A DNA stretch of 11,813 nt, taken from assembly GCF_006345805.1 (NCBI RefSeq), contig NW_021826885.1, positions 1 to 11,813 of the forward strand. Direction: 5' to 3'. The stretch is from Octopus sinensis. Its lineage: Eukaryota. Shown here piece by piece: positions 8,627 through 11,813 of the stretch. The first letter of the stretch is position 1. Each line of letters starts with the position of its first letter. The notes beneath the pieces were generated by a model. The model worked only from the letters and a program-made list of their open reading frames with translations, searched no databases and was not told the origin of the DNA. The translations under genes were made by a program, and so were the position numbers.

Positions 8627-8781
8627 ATTTAAAATTATAAGTATATGAAAGAATGGAGTTGAACGACTAGTTAAAATATCCTTTATTCTCGACATATGTT
8701 TCGAAACATATGTCGAGAATAAAGGATATTTGTTAGCTAGTCGTTCAACTCCATTCTTTCATATACTTATAATTTTAAATA
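8626..8781. repeat. Spacer-less ~156-bp near-perfect palindrome
   Basis: Centre TTTC|GAAA at 8702/8703; arms of 77 and 79 bp differ only at TTA versus CTAAC. Confidence 0.95.
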
Positions 8782-8936
8782 AACATACAAATTTTCGCAC
8801 GAAGACACGTAGTCTATGCCCTAGGGACGTAGCTTCAACAACCGTGTTCTTTCTGATGTGAATTTGCTACCCAGGTATCGGTTATCTTTCGAATTATCCT
8901 TAATAAGATAATTCATTCAATTACTCAATATATATG

Positions 8937-8979
<43 letters not shown>

Positions 8980-9001
8980 TATAATATATATATATATATA
9001 T

Positions 9002-9280
9002 ACCTTTACCAGCGTCGCCTAAACTGGCGCCTGTGTCAGTGACGCATGAAAAAATATTGAGGGAAGTCGTTACCAGTACCGCCCTGACTGGCCTACGGTG
9101 GCACGTAGAAGCATCCATACACTCTCGGAGTGGTTGGCGTTAGGAAGAGCATTCAGCTGTAGAAACTCTGCCAGATCAGATTGGAGCCTGGTGCAGCCGT
9201 CTTGTTCACCAGTCCTCAGTCAAATCGCCCAACCCATGCCAGCATGGAAAGCGGACGTTAAATGATGGTGATGATGATGG
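9002..9280 (+). mobile_element. 3' part of an RTE-related retroposon/SINE with (TGA)n tail
   Basis: GTTGGCGTTAGGAAGAGCATTCAGCTGTAGAAAC...CCAACCCATGCCAGCATGGAAAGCGGACGTTAAATGATGGTGATGATGATG; family recognised from memory only. Confidence 0.6.
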
Positions 9281-9296
9281 TATATGTATATATATG

Positions 9297-9319
<23 letters not shown>

Positions 9320-9336
<17 letters not shown>

Positions 9337-9619
9337 AAAGTTGTGTGCTGTCTGTCTCCTACGATTTAGATTCCTAACTACTCCCACATTTTGCAGTGCA
9401 GTTTAACCAAAAGCGGGTGTCTTATAGTCGTGATTCATATCGAGCCCTTCTGGGTATTAGCGCGCGTCTACGATGAGTCTACGATTTAAAAAAAAATTTA
9501 CCCTCATTCTTTCCATTTTTAATGCATTTTTTGCTATTATATAAGGGAAGTAACTCTCTAAAAATGCTTATATAGTTATTTCCCTTACAAACCCGAGCAA
9601 CGCCGGGCGATACTGCTAG
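9320..9619 (+). mobile_element. Non-autonomous Helitron (~300 bp)
   Basis: 3' hairpin CCCGAGCAACGCCGGG (9592-9607), 8-nt spacer, terminal CTAG (9616-9619) followed by T. The 5' end TATATATAAAA...TGTGTGCTGTCTGTC merges into (TA)n, so the start is approximate. Confidence 0.85.
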
Positions 9620-9865
9620 TCATTAATAAACTCATATATTGTTGTCGTCAACACTTTCTAAGCCCGCATTATTATCGTCATATGGCTATTAACTTTACTT
9701 TTATTAGAAGCATAGCTACCTTTAACATCGTCATTATAAGCTTCGTCATTATATGCATGTACACACGCACGCACACCGAAACATATTCAGAACAACCTGA
9801 CATATGTAAATAGATGAACACTCATTAAACACACATACAAGCATTTATATAGACACAACCATATA

Positions 9866-10225
9866 TCTATATATATATATATAAAATATATATATAAAAC
9901 TGAGAATGTGTGTCTGTCTGTCCGTCTGTCTGTCTGTGTGTTTCCCTAAAACTTGAGAACTACACAAACAATTTCATTCAAATTTTACACATGCCTTACT
10001 TAAGGTCCGGGGAGTGTCATCGGCAAAAAAATCTTAACTTTTTCACTAGGGTGACCCCACAGCAATATTATATCTTCTCCACTATTTCAGTATTACGTGT
10101 TAAAAGTGAAACAAAAACATCTCTCTATTGTAATGCAGACACTTTCACTTTAATACTGAAACTATTAAAATGAAAGTATTATATAACAGGGATGAACCAT
10201 TAATAGTGGTCATCCATTTTGCTAG
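9866..10225 (+). mobile_element. Helitron 5' terminal region (may extend to the window end)
   Basis: A|TCTATATATAT...AAAACTGAGAATGTGTGTCTGTCTGTCCGTCTGTCTGTC: 5' TC after A plus a subterminal (TGTC)n, similar to the 9320 element. Hairpin at 10190-10215 and CTAG at 10222-10225. Confidence 0.7.
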
Positions 10226-10280
10226 AAGAAGATCCGCTATGGTCTTATATACTACACCACTGGTTTTCAATTCATATTAA

Positions 10281-10787
10281 TCAAATTAATATGGTGGTGG
10301 TGGTGGTGGTAATGATGATGGTGATGATAATGGTGGTGGTCGTAGTGGTCTTACTGGTGGTGGTGATGATGGTGGTGGTGTTGGTGGTCATGGTGGTAGT
10401 GGTGATGGTGGTGGTGGTCATGGTGGTAGTGGTGATGGTGGTGGTGGTCATGGTGGTAGTGGTAGTGGTGGTGGTGGTGGTGGTGTTGGTCGTGTTGGTC
10501 GTAGTGGTGATGGTGGTGGTGTTTGTGGCAGAGTTGTCCTTTGACTGTGAAGCTGTCGTCTGGGTTCTTCCAATTCTTCGTGTGTCGGTGGCGATGTTGG
10601 CGTCCATGCTCGCACCTGCACCTGTGTTGCTCCTCCCCTTCTTTCCTCCTTCATGAAGTTGTGGGGAAGGCAGGGTAGGGAAATCAACGTCGTAAGCGTT
10701 GTCAAAGAGACCAGCGTTCCTTTCGACGACGACTTCATGGCTTGAAGACACCAAAACAGAAATGGCTAAGAAAGCCGAAAGCAAATT
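10281..10787 (-). CDS. Putative exon-like ORF: signal-peptide-like N-terminus plus Thr-rich (mucin-like) tail, copy 1
   Basis: Begins right after TTCCCGATTTTGTAG (acceptor-like) with [26 protein letters not shown]...; no ATG. The Thr run is the (ACC)n tract, so its openness is uninformative. Confidence 0.3.
   Translation of the reverse strand, partial: NLLSAFLAISVLVSSSHEVVVERNAGLFDNAYDVDFPTLPSPQLHEGGKKGRSNTGAGASMDANIATDTRRIGRTQTTASQSKDNSATNTTTITTTTNTTNTTTTTTTTTTTMTTTTITTTTMTTTTITTTTMTTNTTTIITTTSKTTTTTTIIITIIITTTTTTILI
10291..10528. repeat. (GTG)n-type degenerate trinucleotide tract
   Basis: Directly visible; similar tracts at ~10990-11090 and ~11470-11635. Confidence 0.95.
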
Positions 10788-11410
10788 CTACAAAATCGGG
10801 AAACACGCAATACAGGGAAGGTTTCCCGTTTCAAAGAATTTGCACAACCGAATGTTTTAGTTGTTGCACAACTAATACATAAAAAATATTATCCAAACAC
10901 AAACTTTTGAAGGCAATATTGTATGGCGATGGTACTTGTGAAATATGGTAATAGATTTAGTAGCCAAAAGTAGAGAGCAGTGGTATAGTATGGTGGTGGT
11001 GGTGGTGTTGGTGTTGATAACGGTGGAAATAGCGACGGCGGAGGTAGTAGTGGCAGCGACGGTGGCGGTGGTGGTGGTCATGGTGGTGGCGATGTTGGCG
11101 TCCATGCTCGCACCTGCACCTGTGTTGCTCCTCCCTTTCCTCTCTCCTCCATGAAGCTGTGGGGAGGGCAGGGTAGGGAAATCAACGTCGTAAGCGTTGC
11201 CAAGGAGACCAGCGTTCCTTTCGACGACGACTTCATGGCTTGAAGACACCAAAACAGAAATGGCTAAGAAAGCCGAAAGCAAATTCTACAAAATCGGGAA
11301 CACGCCACACAGGGAAGGTTTCCCGTTTCAAAGAATTTGCACAACCGAATGCTTTAGCTGTTGCACAACTTTTACATAAAAAAATATTATCCAAACACAA
11401 ACTTTTGAAG
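10587..11410. repeat. Direct duplication of ~326 bp (10587-10912 and 11085-11410), offset 498
   Basis: Manual alignment: about 15 substitutions and 2 one-base indels (~95% identity). Confidence 0.95.
10872..11285 (-). CDS. Putative exon-like ORF, copy 2
   Basis: Same acceptor-like site and 67-aa unique segment (5 aa differences from copy 1), followed by a Thr/Ala-rich run. Confidence 0.25.
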   Translation of the reverse strand, partial: NLLSAFLAISVLVSSSHEVVVERNAGLLGNAYDVDFPTLPSPQLHGGERKGRSNTGAGASMDANIATTMTTTTATVAATTTSAVAISTVINTNTTTTTILYHCSLLLATKSITIFHKYHRHTILPSKVCVWIIFFMY

Positions 11411-11635
11411 CTTAGTATTGTCTTTTTTTTATTTTTAGCGTTTGTGCAAAATTGGATTTTGGTGTCACTTGTAGTGGTTGAGGTTGTAGTAGTGGTGTTG
11501 TTGTTGACAGTTATGGGAGACGGCAAAACGACAATATCGTTGCTGTTGCTGTTGTTGTTGTTGGTGGTGGTGGTGATGGTGGTGGTGGTGGTGACGATGG
11601 GTGGTGTTGGGTACGTTGGGTGTGGTGGTGGGTGG

Positions 11636-11813
11636 GAATTTCTCAATTCACTGGAGCCTCCTGGACTACCTTCTCACATATTAGCACTTAAAGTTGGAAC
11701 TCCTGTAATGCTACTCCGCAATCTGGAACCACCAAGACCTTTGCAATGGAACACGACTGGTGATAAAGAAAATGATGTCACACGTTATCGAGGCGATCAT
11801 TCTTTCTGGATGG
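11636..11813 (+). pseudogene. Helitron RepHel PIF1-family helicase fragment (frameshifted, continues beyond window)
   Basis: [34 protein letters not shown] / [24 protein letters not shown] contains the hallmark '[12 protein letters not shown]....LCNGTRL' PIF1 motif. One extra C at ~11738 shifts the frame. Not in the ORF track. Confidence 0.93.

Noticed and set aside
1846-8648. Many ORFs rich in YI/CV/HT/ER dipeptides
   Set aside because: They are translations of (TA)n, (TG)n, (CA)n and (GA)n microsatellites, which lack stops.
10219-10656. Poly-Val 'membrane protein' ORF
   Set aside because: Translation of the (GTG)n tract.
10660-10695. Walker A-like GEGRVGKST on the + strand in both duplicated copies
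   Set aside because: Bracketed by in-frame stops in both copies, with no preceding hydrophobic strand or downstream NTPase motifs.

Overview
Repeat-rich eukaryotic DNA, most likely intronic or intergenic. The SINE families and dense (TA)n/(TG)n/(TATG)n/(ACC)n microsatellites resemble octopus (coleoid cephalopod) genomes; this is recognition from memory, not a search. No intact gene is present and nearly all track ORFs are microsatellite read-through. Supported content: the 3' end of an R4/Dong-like LINE (1-~240), many tRNA-derived SINE copies, a minimal type-I hammerhead ribozyme remnant of Penelope-like type (1452-1493, -), a decayed RTE-like LINE (~2230-2720, -), a fold-back element (3810-4032), a MITE with perfect 30-bp TIRs, an 8-bp TSD and internal (TTAGGG)5 (4659-5093), a spacer-less ~156-bp palindrome built from hammerhead 3' halves (8626-8781), a short non-autonomous Helitron (~9320-9619), and a second Helitron 5' end (9866). 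That 5' end is followed by a duplicated exon-like cassette (signal-peptide-like plus Thr-rich, - strand) and a frameshifted Helitron PIF1 helicase fragment running off the window.
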